Below, piece after piece: positions 36,301 to 46,120 of a DNA stretch of 52,557 bases. The position numbers and the translations under genes were made by a program. The number at the start of each line of letters is the position of its first letter. The stretch's first letter is position 1. The notes beneath the pieces were generated by a model. That model made no database searches. It had not been told where the DNA came from and was given only the letters and a program-made list of their open reading frames with translations. This DNA is from Methanomicrobiales archaeon (GTDB taxonomy: Archaea > Halobacteriota > Methanomicrobia > Methanomicrobiales > Methanospirillaceae). The stretch covers positions 1 to 52,557 of the forward strand of contig JBAXJR010000016.1 of the NCBI GenBank assembly GCA_037137755.1, in the 5' to 3' direction.

Positions 36301-37047
36301 AACAAGCGGGAGGTCTTCTGGAGAGATATAGGAGAAAATACTTTTCCCGGTTGCATCACTGCATGAAAGACCGAGGAAGCGACCAAGTGGTTCATTAATG
36401 AAGGTAGCGGTACCATCAGGGCGCCACCGGCAGATAAAATCAGTCTGGTCCTGCACGATCCCACGATAGCGGGCTTCAGAGACCATCAGGGATTCTTCGA
36501 ACCTGATCTGTTTTGTGATGTCTTCCCCGATTATCGTAATACCCTCTTCCAGGTTATCAAATACCGTCGGGATAAGGCGTACACGGTAGTGGTGGTCTTC
36601 ATTATGAGATGTAATGGCAAATTCACGCTGAATTTCCCCATTTTTCTGGATTTCATCAAACACTTCAGGAATGGCGAGGCGTTCGAGGAGGGGGGAGTTT
36701 GTTGTATCAATCCGGGTCCCCACAAGGTCATCCCGGGAGAGACCGAGTATCGAAAGTGCATTCTCATTCGCGTCCAGCACCCGCATATCGTTGTCAATCA
36801 GGATGATGATATCTGCGGAGAATTTCACCATGGCCGAAATCGGCATCCGCTGCGAGATGGTGTAAACCTTTGCCGGACCGTAGGTATTGAGGTTTACATC
36901 CCCGGAAATGAGGAGGATCTCAAGGTATTTTGCGGTTGAATTCCGGTTCAGCTCTAATTTCTGGGCGATGTCGGTAATGGTGAGACCGTTGCGATGGGAG
37001 CGGAGGAGGGTTTTTATCTTTTTAATAGTCTCCTGCCGGTTATCCAT
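33316..37047 (-). CDS. HTH plus about 8 PAS plus GAF sensor protein, with no kinase domain
   Basis: N-terminal GLTITDIAQKLELNRNSTAKYL, repeated PAS/PAC ending in (R/Q/T)DIT, GAF near RASVWLF...SMLDAVIR; ends after the last PAS. Confidence 0.9.
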   Translation of the reverse strand: MDNRQETIKKIKTLLRSHRNGLTITDIAQKLELNRNSTAKYLEILLISGDVNLNTYGPAKVYTISQRMPISAMVKFSADIIILIDNDMRVLDANENALSILGLSRDDLVGTRIDTTNSPLLERLAIPEVFDEIQKNGEIQREFAITSHNEDHHYRVRLIPTVFDNLEEGITIIGEDITKQIRFEESLMVSEARYRGIVQDQTDFICRWRPDGTATFINEPLGRFLGLSCSDATGKSIFSYISPEDLPLVKAKISGITPDQPTGYIEIRVLNGGGTYRWHAWSSRGIFDNTGIFVECQSVGQDITERREVEETLTRILKAVDSSSEAIGIATSDGRHIYQNPALTKLFGYTTEEFARSPLPIIAYEDAQKGREIFEAIMQGYSCSGEIVVISKDGRKFDASYHADAIRDDKGTIIGLVGIHTDITERKRVEKALSESELLYRTILDNIQDIYYRCDPEGTIVMVSPSAPKLLGYDSIDEIIGEKITEKLYDNPADREIFLKVIYEKQKTTDYEVTLKKQDGSPIVISTNSNLLFDSDGHVTGIEGFIRDITFRKNAETALRESEERYRGVVEDQTEFICRFTPDGTHIFVNEAYCRYFGLNREEIIGSRFRPVIHPDDRNNVARLIASLNPEHPVEVIDQRTVMPDGSILWQRWVDRAIFQAEGRLKEYQSVGRDITERKRVEENIVAALKRARDQQAVLGTISISPYLFSGDVHGLSASLTEVSSGVLGVERASVWLFNSKGDELRCIDQYEGLYDRHSCDAVLKRHEYINEFDALSTAKYIDANDPLTDPRTAGYVDGYLKPNRITSMLDAVIRVTGQNLGVLCFEHVDRQHHWDSDEVAFACQLADQIAITLMNHNRKQADLALKESEERYRTVVEDQTEFICRFTPDGIFTFLNDAYCRYFGLQKEDCIGSPHHVVLPPDDARSMKAHLASLTPENPVKTVEHRVLMPDGTIAWHWWSDRAIFGSGGKVIEYQSVGRDITKKMERTEKIRESEERFRTLANLSPFPISIMDNGSNYRYLNNMFERLFGYTLADIPTGKDWLLRAFPDETGRNEAILTWKNDIAHSSPEDVRSRVYPVTCKDGTVRQVRFFPLNLQNGEQFVVYEDLTPKNESERLRSILASIVDSSNDAIIGKTLDGTIISWNNAAERIYGYLADEIIGKSIAVIISPELRDQLPIFLQRVRNGERIEHFRTIRIRKDGSPVAVSITLSPIKDENGHIFGISTIAKNISGSEENDLRRVS

Positions 37048-37475
37048 AATTGAAAACGTGAATAATTGCTATTAAATTACTATGAGACGCAATTCCGCCA
37101 TTATTATATGATCCTGATTAATTTTAAGGAAAGTTAATTTTATTTTGTTTCGGCGTGAGAGCGAGTTTTTACAGGAAGAGGCCATGGCCTTCCAATTGGC
37201 AGAAAAATACAGTGCTTCTCCGAATAATACAGGAGGTTTTCAGTTATTTCCGTACAATGCCCAGGTGGTGCGCGAAGTTATACATTCTGTGAAACAGTTG
37301 CTTCGCAGCTCGAAAGTTCCCAGAATTATCCGCGATGCACATACCTGTGATGTCCCGGGGGATACCACGCTTCCAGCAATACCTGTCGTAAACCCAGTCT
37401 GGCAGGACCACGGTGATTTCAACGGTACCCTATTGTTATCCACCACCATTTTTCGGGATAAACCGCAGGAGCAGG

Positions 37476-38930
37476 TCAGGCCTCTTTTTTTACGATTCCT
37501 GCCCGGAGCAATGAGACACCTGCTGCAAGCAGGGTCAGCACGGCAGAAACTACCATGATGAGGGAAAATGCAGAAGAGAGGATGACCGGCCCGGCCTGGA
37601 GTACAGGCCCGGAATAGCCTGCATTGCTGGTACTGATCGATAACAGGATACTTGCCACCGAAACACCAAGTGCCATCCCGAGATTCCTGACCGTTGCACT
37701 GACACTTGATGCAATACCGATTTTTTCCGCCGGCAGCGAACTCATGATCTCGGTATTGTTGGGACTCTGGAACAGTACCATACCAATGGTCATCGGGATG
37801 AATGCAAGCACGATCAGGAGCAGTTCCATCCTCGTGGAAAGGACGGCCAGCAGGAGCAAAGAGCCAGTCGTAACAGCCATACCCACTGCAGCATAATATG
37901 GGGAATAATGGTTGTCATAGAGCCATCCCGCCACGGGGGAGCCTACCACCATGATCACGGGGATTATCAGGAATACAAGGCCGACCTGCGAGGGAAGGAG
38001 ATTGAGGACACCCTCAAAATAGAACGGGCCGAGGATATTCACCATGAAGAGAGCGATGAAATATAACGCGGTGGCGAGGACGGGCAGGCAGAACGCAGGT
38101 ACGCGGAAAATTGAGAGGTCCAGCAGGGGATTTGACACCCTCCGCTCAGTCAAAAGGAAGAGTGCAAACGAGGCCAGGAAAATAGCGGTATAGACCGCTA
38201 CCGGCCGGGTAACCGCGAGGTCCGCTGCAAGGGATGACAGTGCGAGCATTAAGGATACCATGAAAATGACCATGGTCACTGCCCCCGTCCAGTCCATCCT
38301 GGCATCTTTCCGGACAGGGCCTCCGGAGCCGAAATATTTCATTGCGACCGGGATCAGCACCGCTCCGATCGGGACATTAATCAGGAATATATACTGCCAT
38401 CCAAGCGTATCAACAAGGAAACCCCCGAGTACCGGTCCTGCGATGCTGCCTATGGCGACAGTGGCGCCGACATACCCCATGGATTTTCCCTGCTCCCCCC
38501 GGGGGTATAACTGGTAAATGATCGCACTCGAGATGGAGAACAGCATTGCAGCACCGGTAGCCTGGACAACCCGGAACAAGATCAGGACCGGAAGGTCAGG
38601 TGCGAGGCCGCAGGCGAGTGATCCAAGGGTAAACACTACGAATCCGAGAATAAACATCCGTCCCCTTCCGACATACTCCGAAACTCTCCCGAATATGAGG
38701 AGAAGACTTGTCAGCGTCACGAGGTACGCGGTGACGACCCACTGGGAGTACGTTACATCCACCCCAAAATAGGTTGTAATAGTGGGGAGAGCGATGTTTA
38801 CCACGTTACCGTCGAGGACTGCCATAAAAATAGCAGCAAAAACGATAAATGCCATGAATCGTGGCTTTTTCGTATCAGCGGTTGTATGACCGGCAGGAAG
38901 GGACATTCGACCGTATAACATGTCATCCAT
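37476..38930 (-). CDS. MFS drug:H+ antiporter (DHA2-like, 14 TM)
   Basis: LDGNVVNIALP, WVVTAY, GPVLGG, WQYIFLINVPIG. Confidence 0.9.
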   Translation of the reverse strand: MDDMLYGRMSLPAGHTTADTKKPRFMAFIVFAAIFMAVLDGNVVNIALPTITTYFGVDVTYSQWVVTAYLVTLTSLLLIFGRVSEYVGRGRMFILGFVVFTLGSLACGLAPDLPVLILFRVVQATGAAMLFSISSAIIYQLYPRGEQGKSMGYVGATVAIGSIAGPVLGGFLVDTLGWQYIFLINVPIGAVLIPVAMKYFGSGGPVRKDARMDWTGAVTMVIFMVSLMLALSSLAADLAVTRPVAVYTAIFLASFALFLLTERRVSNPLLDLSIFRVPAFCLPVLATALYFIALFMVNILGPFYFEGVLNLLPSQVGLVFLIIPVIMVVGSPVAGWLYDNHYSPYYAAVGMAVTTGSLLLLAVLSTRMELLLIVLAFIPMTIGMVLFQSPNNTEIMSSLPAEKIGIASSVSATVRNLGMALGVSVASILLSISTSNAGYSGPVLQAGPVILSSAFSLIMVVSAVLTLLAAGVSLLRAGIVKKEA

Positions 38931-39076
38931 CCGGGTTTATAGTTTCAGGGTTAGCGGGTTACCTGTAAGCAGGCATTCTTTCAGTCAGCCAGACCCCGCT
39001 GTATCGCAACCAAAAAGTCCACCGGGACCGGAATCATATAAAAGACCCGGAAAAGAAAGGGGGAAAACAGTTCGGT

Positions 39077-39745
39077 TTAATTAATTTTCCCGGTTTCTTT
39101 CCAGAACTCGTACTCATGGACCCATACGTCCTTATTCATAAGGACAAGGTTTTTCATATATTCCGCACGCTCCCGGTGAAGTTTATCCTGTTCTGGGAAT
39201 TCCTCGGCGTTAATGATCGCATCTGCGAGAACGGTCCCCAGGTTATAGGCATCTTTCTCCCGGTTCGTGATGGCGGCCGGGTTGCCAAGGATGTTCACCC
39301 CGATAAGACCTACAGTCGTTGCACCCATTTGCTGGAGTGAGCGGTTAAGGTAGGCGGCAACGTCTTCTGCACCGGAACCGCCTGCGGTCGATACCGAACA
39401 GCCGTACTTTCCCGAGAGCATCTGGCAGTGGATCACGTCAGCCATCCGGTCAAGGATAACCTTGGTCTGGGCGGTCACATTATTGATATAGTTCGGTGAG
39501 CCTAGGACAATCCCATCGGCATAAAGAATTTTTTCAAGCAGTTCCGGGTAATCATCGGTATGGATGCATTCCCCTTTCGCATAGCAGACACCGCAGCCGG
39601 TACAGAAATTGATCTCTTGTTCGCAGAGGTCAATATATTCGATATCCGCACCTGAACCCTCCGCACCTTCGAGTACCTTCATCACGAGGCGGAGGGTCTG
39701 GCTGTTTTTACCATGTGGGCTTCCGTTAAGACCAATAATGTCCAT
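39077..39745 (-). CDS. Iron-sulfur flavoprotein (flavodoxin-like)
   Basis: NGSP, CTGCGVC-x5-C, GSPNY. Confidence 0.88.
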   Translation of the reverse strand: MDIIGLNGSPHGKNSQTLRLVMKVLEGAEGSGADIEYIDLCEQEINFCTGCGVCYAKGECIHTDDYPELLEKILYADGIVLGSPNYINNVTAQTKVILDRMADVIHCQMLSGKYGCSVSTAGGSGAEDVAAYLNRSLQQMGATTVGLIGVNILGNPAAITNREKDAYNLGTVLADAIINAEEFPEQDKLHRERAEYMKNLVLMNKDVWVHEYEFWKETGKIN

Positions 39746-39856
39746 TTTTACACTCCCAATCTGTTCCTTTTATCCGGTTTACTGCCACCCATTAATATGT
39801 TCTGGTCCTGGTGTTCCCGGTAGGACCAGGTTCCCGGGATCGTTATCCTGGCTTGA

Positions 39857-40363
39857 TCATGGACCATGCACCGCCTCGAGCACAACCTCCCACGCATGTA
39901 ATTTTTCGGCAAACGAAGTCCGGGCATTGGCCGGGCTGGTCGAGGGAAGGGTATGAACATGTACCTGCGACGGCCATTCCGGCCTGAATTTCCCAAGATG
40001 CAAGCCTGCCGTAGAACCGTTGGCAATTACTAACCGGACGCTCGGGTGGTGATGAAGGAACAGCGGGATGTCATTTGGGGTAACATTCCGGATGGCATGG
40101 TCCATTGCACCATGACGCTCGCAGGAAAAGATTACGTCCCAGAGTCCGATGTTGCGTTCCTTCAGTCCTGCAAGCTTTTCCTTATACGGTAACCCCTTTG
40201 ATATCCCAAGGTGGATCTCCATGATCTTCCAGAACTGGTTCCTTGGATTTGCATAATACTCTCCCGACTCAAGTGAGAGGGGACTTGGAAAACTCCCAAG
40301 GATCAATACACGGGGAGAACCGCCGGGTTCAACCGGTAATCCCTGTAATAATGGGATTACCAT
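39857..40363 (-). CDS. UDG-superfamily family 6 (hypoxanthine) DNA glycosylase
   Basis: ILGSFPS..SL..GEYYANPRNQFW, LPSTSPANA. Confidence 0.88.
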   Translation of the reverse strand: MVIPLLQGLPVEPGGSPRVLILGSFPSPLSLESGEYYANPRNQFWKIMEIHLGISKGLPYKEKLAGLKERNIGLWDVIFSCERHGAMDHAIRNVTPNDIPLFLHHHPSVRLVIANGSTAGLHLGKFRPEWPSQVHVHTLPSTSPANARTSFAEKLHAWEVVLEAVHGP

Positions 40364-40552
40364 ACCAGTTCACAGGTACTACAGTTCCTGCTCTTAACCG
40401 CGCTCTCCTTCATGGTTCAGTAGTCCTGTCAGATATGTACACCCTTTCCGGGTGCAGCCTGACGGGTAATTATCCTGGTACAGGTTTGGGATGTAGCCAG
40501 ATAAAAAGATATTAATAATGCGATATACCACTGCTCATAACCGGAGGACCGG

Positions 40553-41020
40553 ATGTCATCTACCCAGGCCGGAGCTATGGATAATAAAGTACCGATATTC
40601 GTGGAGAAAACAGGACGTGTTGAGCTCCTTGACCGGATGGAAAAGACTGACGGGGAATGGAGTGCCATCCTGACCAGGGACCAGTTTGCGGTTGCACGCA
40701 AAGCCGGGACCGAACCCGCGTTTTCAAACAAGTACTATGATTTCCATGAAAAGGGGACCTACCACTGTGTCTGCTGTGGCACGGACCTCTTCTCTTCGGA
40801 TGCGAAATTCCGCTCAGGTACCGGGTGGCCGAGCTTTTATGCCCCCATATCGGACCTGAACGTAAAGACCACGGCCGATAAGACCGGCGGGATGGTACGG
40901 ACAGAGGTGCTATGCACCCGGTGCGGGGCCCATCTCGGGCATGTATTTGATGATGGCCCGCCGCCGACGCATAAACGCTATTGCATGAATTCAGCTTCCC
41001 TGCGGTTCGTAAAGCGGTAG
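40553..41020 (+). CDS. msrB: Methionine-R-sulfoxide reductase MsrB
   Basis: GTEPAF, CVCC, SGTGWPSF, HLGHVFDDGP, RYCMNS. Confidence 0.95.
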   Translation: MSSTQAGAMDNKVPIFVEKTGRVELLDRMEKTDGEWSAILTRDQFAVARKAGTEPAFSNKYYDFHEKGTYHCVCCGTDLFSSDAKFRSGTGWPSFYAPISDLNVKTTADKTGGMVRTEVLCTRCGAHLGHVFDDGPPPTHKRYCMNSASLRFVKR

Positions 41021-41095
41021 AACCCACACCTGGGATAGCCCCTGGCTAAAAAACACCGGGGTTAAATTATTTTTCTCATCTTTCAAGAGTAACTT

Positions 41096-41749
41096 CTAGA
41101 ACCCCCAGCTCCCGCCGGGTAATTTCGGACCATACAAGTGTAATACAAGGAATGCCAGGGGAGCAAACAGGTATACAAGAGTGCTCCACGGGATACCTGC
41201 GAAGGCAAGTACAATTCCTGCGGCGGTAAGGACGGGTATCACGGCGGCCCGTTGTTTTCCGGCCCTGATTGTCCCATTGCTCATTGAAGGATCGATCAGG
41301 TGGCGGTTGGCAGTAGCATATCTCCATTGCAGGTAGAAGAGGGAACTTGTTACCAGCAGGTTGAGTTCAAAAATGAACGCGCAAATGGGATCAGTCGGAA
41401 AATCTCCGACCAGGTCAGTAGAAAACGGGATAAGCGCCACAAAGAGGAGTGATCCGATTGTCATCCAGAGGAGGTTGTGGTCTACATAAAGGATCTTGTG
41501 AAACTGCATATGGTGTATGACCCATAAACCCGCAATCAGGAGGAATGCAATAAAATAATGAACAAAATCAGGGTAGAGTTCCTGCAGCGTTGCCGTGACA
41601 AAGGCCGGGGTGAAATCATTGATATGAGAGGGGACTTCAATCCCGACGACCAGTAAGGTCATCGCGAAGGCGAATATACAGTCACTAAGGGCTTCAATCC
41701 TGTTCTTCCCAAACCCGATTTGCTTTACCGTCTCGCTTTCCTGGTTAAT
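41096..41749 (-). CDS. TMEM175-family K+ channel with a non-canonical or mutated start
   Basis: The frame stays open upstream of ATG 41662 and encodes RIEALSDCIFAFAMTLL (TM1 signature). No ATG/GTG/TTG before the in-frame TGA at 41756-41758; candidate start ATT at 41749. Confidence 0.8.
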   Translation of the reverse strand: MNQESETVKQIGFGKNRIEALSDCIFAFAMTLLVVGIEVPSHINDFTPAFVTATLQELYPDFVHYFIAFLLIAGLWVIHHMQFHKILYVDHNLLWMTIGSLLFVALIPFSTDLVGDFPTDPICAFIFELNLLVTSSLFYLQWRYATANRHLIDPSMSNGTIRAGKQRAAVIPVLTAAGIVLAFAGIPWSTLVYLFAPLAFLVLHLYGPKLPGGSWGF

Positions 41750-41971
41750 TTTAGATCACTCCATAACAGAGGTTATTTCTTTTCGAATTATGGGAATTTT
41801 CATCTCCCGTTGGAATCCCTTATGCGAAGGTCATAACAATTTGCATGGTGCATTTTCCTGTTTCCCCAAGGCTTATATCAAGAATGTATCCAGTACAGGT
41901 ATTTAACACGTACTTGATAGCGGTAAAAATGAAACCGGGGATCATAACGATTCAAGGGAGTCGGATTACTG

Positions 41972-42181
41972 ATGAAAAGAAAACTCTGTCCTTTTGATAA
42001 ACTGGAATGTGTTGGAGAGCCCTGCATGCTGTTTTCTCTAAAAGAAGGAAATTGTGGTCTTGCGCTCCACGGCACACCCGCGGCCCTGCCCGTACAATAT
42101 GAAAAATCAAAACCTCCCAGGGACATTGAACGTGGCGACCACGAGAGAAAATCCCGTTTCAAGGCTGAACTATTTGATTAG
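41972..42181 (+). CDS. Small Cys-rich hypothetical protein, 69 aa
   Basis: CPF-x4-C-x4-C-x8-C; GGGAG upstream. Confidence 0.6.
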   Translation: MKRKLCPFDKLECVGEPCMLFSLKEGNCGLALHGTPAALPVQYEKSKPPRDIERGDHERKSRFKAELFD

Positions 42182-42235
42182 CGTACTGTATACCAGGTTC
42201 CCAGGAGGGCACTTTCCGGCATATATCACACCAGA

Positions 42236-43705
42236 CTACAGGAGCGTCCCTACGTAATCGATGGTGGACTGCAGGGTTTTCAGGCGGGCATAGAATTTAT
42301 CGTCCGATTCGACAATGGTCCACGGGGCATAGGGAGTATCGGTCTTTGCAAGCATTTCGTTAACTGCTTCACGGTATTCCCCCCATTTTTCCCGGTTCCT
42401 CCAATCCTCATCAGTTATCTTCCACTGTTTTTTTGAGTCTGTTTCCCGCTGGCGAAATCGCGCAAGCTGTTCTTCCTGGTCAATTTCAAGCCAGAACTTA
42501 ACTATCCCGCCACCTTCAGATACAAAATTCTGTTCCATCTCGTTGATCTCGGTATAGGCCCGTTTCCATTCTGTTTCGGAACAAAACCCTTCCACCCGCT
42601 CAACAAGCACCCTCCCGTACCAACTACGGTCAAACAGGGTAATATGACCTGCTTTCGGAAAGTGGGAATAAAATCTCCAGAGGTAATGGTGCGACAATTC
42701 ATAGTCATTCGGCCTGGAAACCGGTACCACCTCGTAACCTCTTGGATTCATACTCGCCGTAAGGCGGAGGATATTGCCTCCTTTCCCGGCTGCATCCCAC
42801 CCCTCGTATACGATAATCAGGGGTACTTTCCGCTTATAGAGCAGGTATTGTGCCTCCCGAACCCGTTCCTGGTACTCTTTGAGCTGCCCGAAGTAATCCT
42901 GCTTCGAAACGGTTTTTGTCAGGTCAACTTTGTCTAAATCCAGGCGTTTTTTATTCTTTGGGGTGACTTCCCTGAGGTTTTTGCCAGGGGGCTCTTTTCC
43001 GGAAATCCTCTTCTCCAGGGCCTTCGTAATCCTTGAAATAACTTTGAACGACGCATACGCGGGATTGGTCGCCTCAACGATGGTCCACGGTGCAATCGGT
43101 GTATCGGTATCTTCAATTATCTGCTCGATCACGGGAAGATACAGGTCATAATGGTGATGAAAGTCCCAGTCACCCCGTGTGATCATCCACCCGGTAAGGG
43201 TGTCCTTCTCCCGTTCGATCATCCGCCTCCGCTGCTCCTCCTTGCTGATGTGGAGGAAGAACTTGAGGACAAGTGTCCCATCATCAACGAGCTGCCGCTC
43301 AAAGTTTCGTATTGCCGATGTGGATTCCTTCAGCCGCTCATTCCAGTTAAGACCACTCAGCTGTTCTGCCAGGGTACGGCTGTACCAGCTCCGGGCAAAA
43401 ATTGCAATTCTGCCTTTTGCAGGGGTATTAATAAAAAAACGCCAGATTAGGTTGTGTGCTATTTCTGCGTCCGTTGGCGTACCGATCGAATAGAGGTTAT
43501 ATCCACGGGGATCAATGGCCTGGACAATTTCACCGGAAACAGAGGTGATACCTGATGCATTCCACCCTTCAATCAGGATCACGACGGGGATGCCGTTATC
43601 GCGGCATGCACGCTGGAGTTCCCCCAGTTGCTCCTTAATTCTGGGAAGGGTCTTTTCAATGGTTTTCTCATCAACAGTTGCGTCGAGGTTATATTGTTCA
43701 AACAT
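42236..43705 (-). CDS. Two-domain polyphosphate kinase 2 (polyP:AMP phosphotransferase-like)
   Basis: Duplicated PPK2 domains: EGWNASG/ARSWY (degenerate) and EGWDAAGKGG/DRSWYGRVLVERV. Confidence 0.92.
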   Translation of the reverse strand: MFEQYNLDATVDEKTIEKTLPRIKEQLGELQRACRDNGIPVVILIEGWNASGITSVSGEIVQAIDPRGYNLYSIGTPTDAEIAHNLIWRFFINTPAKGRIAIFARSWYSRTLAEQLSGLNWNERLKESTSAIRNFERQLVDDGTLVLKFFLHISKEEQRRRMIEREKDTLTGWMITRGDWDFHHHYDLYLPVIEQIIEDTDTPIAPWTIVEATNPAYASFKVISRITKALEKRISGKEPPGKNLREVTPKNKKRLDLDKVDLTKTVSKQDYFGQLKEYQERVREAQYLLYKRKVPLIIVYEGWDAAGKGGNILRLTASMNPRGYEVVPVSRPNDYELSHHYLWRFYSHFPKAGHITLFDRSWYGRVLVERVEGFCSETEWKRAYTEINEMEQNFVSEGGGIVKFWLEIDQEEQLARFRQRETDSKKQWKITDEDWRNREKWGEYREAVNEMLAKTDTPYAPWTIVESDDKFYARLKTLQSTIDYVGTLL

Positions 43706-44301
43706 AATTTCAATCCGGTAATTCCCGGGTTCACCCCACAGCTAGAAGTAAGTGGGCAGATATTTGGATGTTTTTATTTCATCGCGGAGTAACCTAGGTG
43801 AATGGGACACTTCAGAAATTGCCATGAAACAGGTACATCTCCAAAACTAAGCTTCTGAGTAGTGCCCGACGCATAGTGATAATGAACAGAACGGAAACTT
43901 ACCCACAGGATTATCCGGTATGAAACCTGTCAACGATAAAAAAACTCACCTGATCCACCGGTACCTGGAAAGACCTTCATTACGGGGTACCTTTGCACGT
44001 GCCAGGAAAGCATGGCGTGATGCAATCAGGAACAACCGCTGGTAAGTACCAAGGAACAGGCTGATGTAACCTTCGGATATGTACCAGGCACCCGGGACCA
44101 GGGGCAGGGAAAGCCGGCATAACGATGGCGTTGTAAAAGAGGCTCTTTCGGGAAAGCGGACCCTTAATTTCGTGCACCCACTTTTTTCTTCCATAGTTCA
44201 CTTTGTCCCCAGCCTGCGCAGATACTTCATCAGGACATTTCATCGGGCGTCTCTTTCATGAATACCCCGCCTGAATCCGGGAAACATTCCAAAATGGTTA
44301 T

Positions 44302-45924
44302 GTGATGGCATTGGAAATTAGTAGAAAGGCTGGCATACTATTGAATTCGATAATTCTTTTTTTCCTTGCGATTTTACCCATCATCGTCATCTTTGTAGGT
44401 ATTGTATTCCTGAAACAGTCAGGCACCCTGATGGCAGTAATTGGCTGGCTCCTCACCATGCTTGTTGCGGTTATGTTCTTTAATACATCACCTGCTGTCG
44501 CCCTTTATGCCTCTGCAAGCGGGATCCTTGCCTCTTTTGGCATTTCCCTGATGGTCCTGTTTACCATCCTCCAGGTCACGATGATGGACCTGACAGGGGC
44601 GATCCGAAGCATCTCTGAATATATCAGGTCAATCGCGGCGGAACGGTACGAACAGATCATGATCCTGAACGTGGGTTTTGGTTCGTTCCTTGTTTCAATC
44701 GGGGCAACACCCGTTACCATGCTGCCGCCTATCATGATGGCACTGGGTTTCTCACCCGTTGCATCCGTGGCCCTGCCATGCCTCGGGTATGACCCGCTCA
44801 CTTCATTTTCGCTCCTCGCGGTCCCCATCACCCTTCCGGCAGCAGTTTTCGGATTTAATGCCGTCATCATGGGCAGTAACGTCGCATTGTTCCTGCCGGT
44901 AATTTCCACCGGCCTCTCGATTGGAATGTTGTGGGTAGCGGATGGCATGGAAGGAGTGCGGAAAGGCATTGTCCCCGCAGTCCTTGCAGGGCTATCCCTG
45001 GGTATTTTCGCCATTATATTCGTCAATATTCTTCCTGCATCTGCTATCGGCCTCGTCGGAGTATTCGCCGGGCTTGTCACGATTGCAGTCCTGTTCCTGC
45101 ACCGGGCAGTACGGGTCAGGACACATCCTGCCCAGGAAAAAACTAAAGATACTGTTGCGATTGCCCGGGATCCCACGCTGATGCCACTCTGGAAGGCTGT
45201 GCTCCCGTGGGCCCTCCTCGTGGTGCTGGTGATTTTCATCAGTATCCCGCAGATACAGGCAGGGCTCTACAATATCCTTGGAAATGCCCAGAAAATTACC
45301 GTGGTCGCAAACAAGGCGGTTGACCTGAAACTTATGAACCAGGCATATTTCTGGGTGGTGGTCAGCACCCTTATTGCAGCACCGTTCCTCATCAGGTCAT
45401 GGGCAGAAAGCAAAAAGATAACAAAAATCTGGGTTAAACGGGCATGGAGCCCGACGCTCGCAGCGGCAGTGTTTTTTGCAATCGCGTACGTGATGGACTG
45501 GTCAGGCCAGACCGTTATTAACAATACCCTTACATTCGTTTCCGGGTCGTACGACCTCAACATGAACGCCGTGATCGGGTTTACCCTTGCCATGGTATTC
45601 GGGATTGCATTTCCCGTTATCAGCCCTCTGCTGGGGTTATTCGGGTCCTTTGTTTCCGGCAGCGAGACGTCCTCAAATGTGATGTTCTATGGGATCCTGC
45701 AAAAAGCCACGCAGGTCCTCAACCTCGACTTCACGAAAGTCTACGCAGCCCACATGGTTGCCGGTGGGATCGCATCAGGAATTGCACCTGCCAAGATTAT
45801 CAATGCCGCTGCGGTAATAGACCAGCCCGGGATCGAAGGGGCAGTAATCAGGAAATCCGCCGTCGTCGTTATTCTCCTAGCATTCCTCACGTCAGCACTC
45901 CTCATCCTGTTTTTATTCCTGTGA
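44302..45924 (+). CDS. L-lactate permease (LctP) family transporter
   Basis: ALGFSP, GSFVSGSETSSNVMF, IAPAKI; about 14 TM helices. Start uncertain. Confidence 0.85.
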   Translation: MMALEISRKAGILLNSIILFFLAILPIIVIFVGIVFLKQSGTLMAVIGWLLTMLVAVMFFNTSPAVALYASASGILASFGISLMVLFTILQVTMMDLTGAIRSISEYIRSIAAERYEQIMILNVGFGSFLVSIGATPVTMLPPIMMALGFSPVASVALPCLGYDPLTSFSLLAVPITLPAAVFGFNAVIMGSNVALFLPVISTGLSIGMLWVADGMEGVRKGIVPAVLAGLSLGIFAIIFVNILPASAIGLVGVFAGLVTIAVLFLHRAVRVRTHPAQEKTKDTVAIARDPTLMPLWKAVLPWALLVVLVIFISIPQIQAGLYNILGNAQKITVVANKAVDLKLMNQAYFWVVVSTLIAAPFLIRSWAESKKITKIWVKRAWSPTLAAAVFFAIAYVMDWSGQTVINNTLTFVSGSYDLNMNAVIGFTLAMVFGIAFPVISPLLGLFGSFVSGSETSSNVMFYGILQKATQVLNLDFTKVYAAHMVAGGIASGIAPAKIINAAAVIDQPGIEGAVIRKSAVVVILLAFLTSALLILFLFL

Positions 45925-46120
45925 TTATTCAGTACCTGGATTATGTTGTTTTTTTCTGTTACCCTGACAGACGAACACCAGGTTCACCAGGAAAAACAAT
46001 GATCAACCAGGTTCCCGCGTGAACAATAAGGGGGACCCCGATTTAAAAATTGCATAGAAATGTATGTCCGGAGCGTCCTAAAAGAAGAGAATAAACTGGA
46101 AGGGGTCAATTCCCGGGGTT

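Noticed and set aside
41756-41758. Selenocysteine recoding of the in-frame TGA before TMEM175
   Set aside because: The position is a non-catalytic N-terminal residue, no SECIS is visible, and Methanomicrobiales are not known to use Sec.
43706-44301. ORFs 43946..44194 and 43980..44243 in the 600-nt gap
   Set aside because: They overlap each other, carry no recognisable motifs, and no repeat or RNA structure could be supported.
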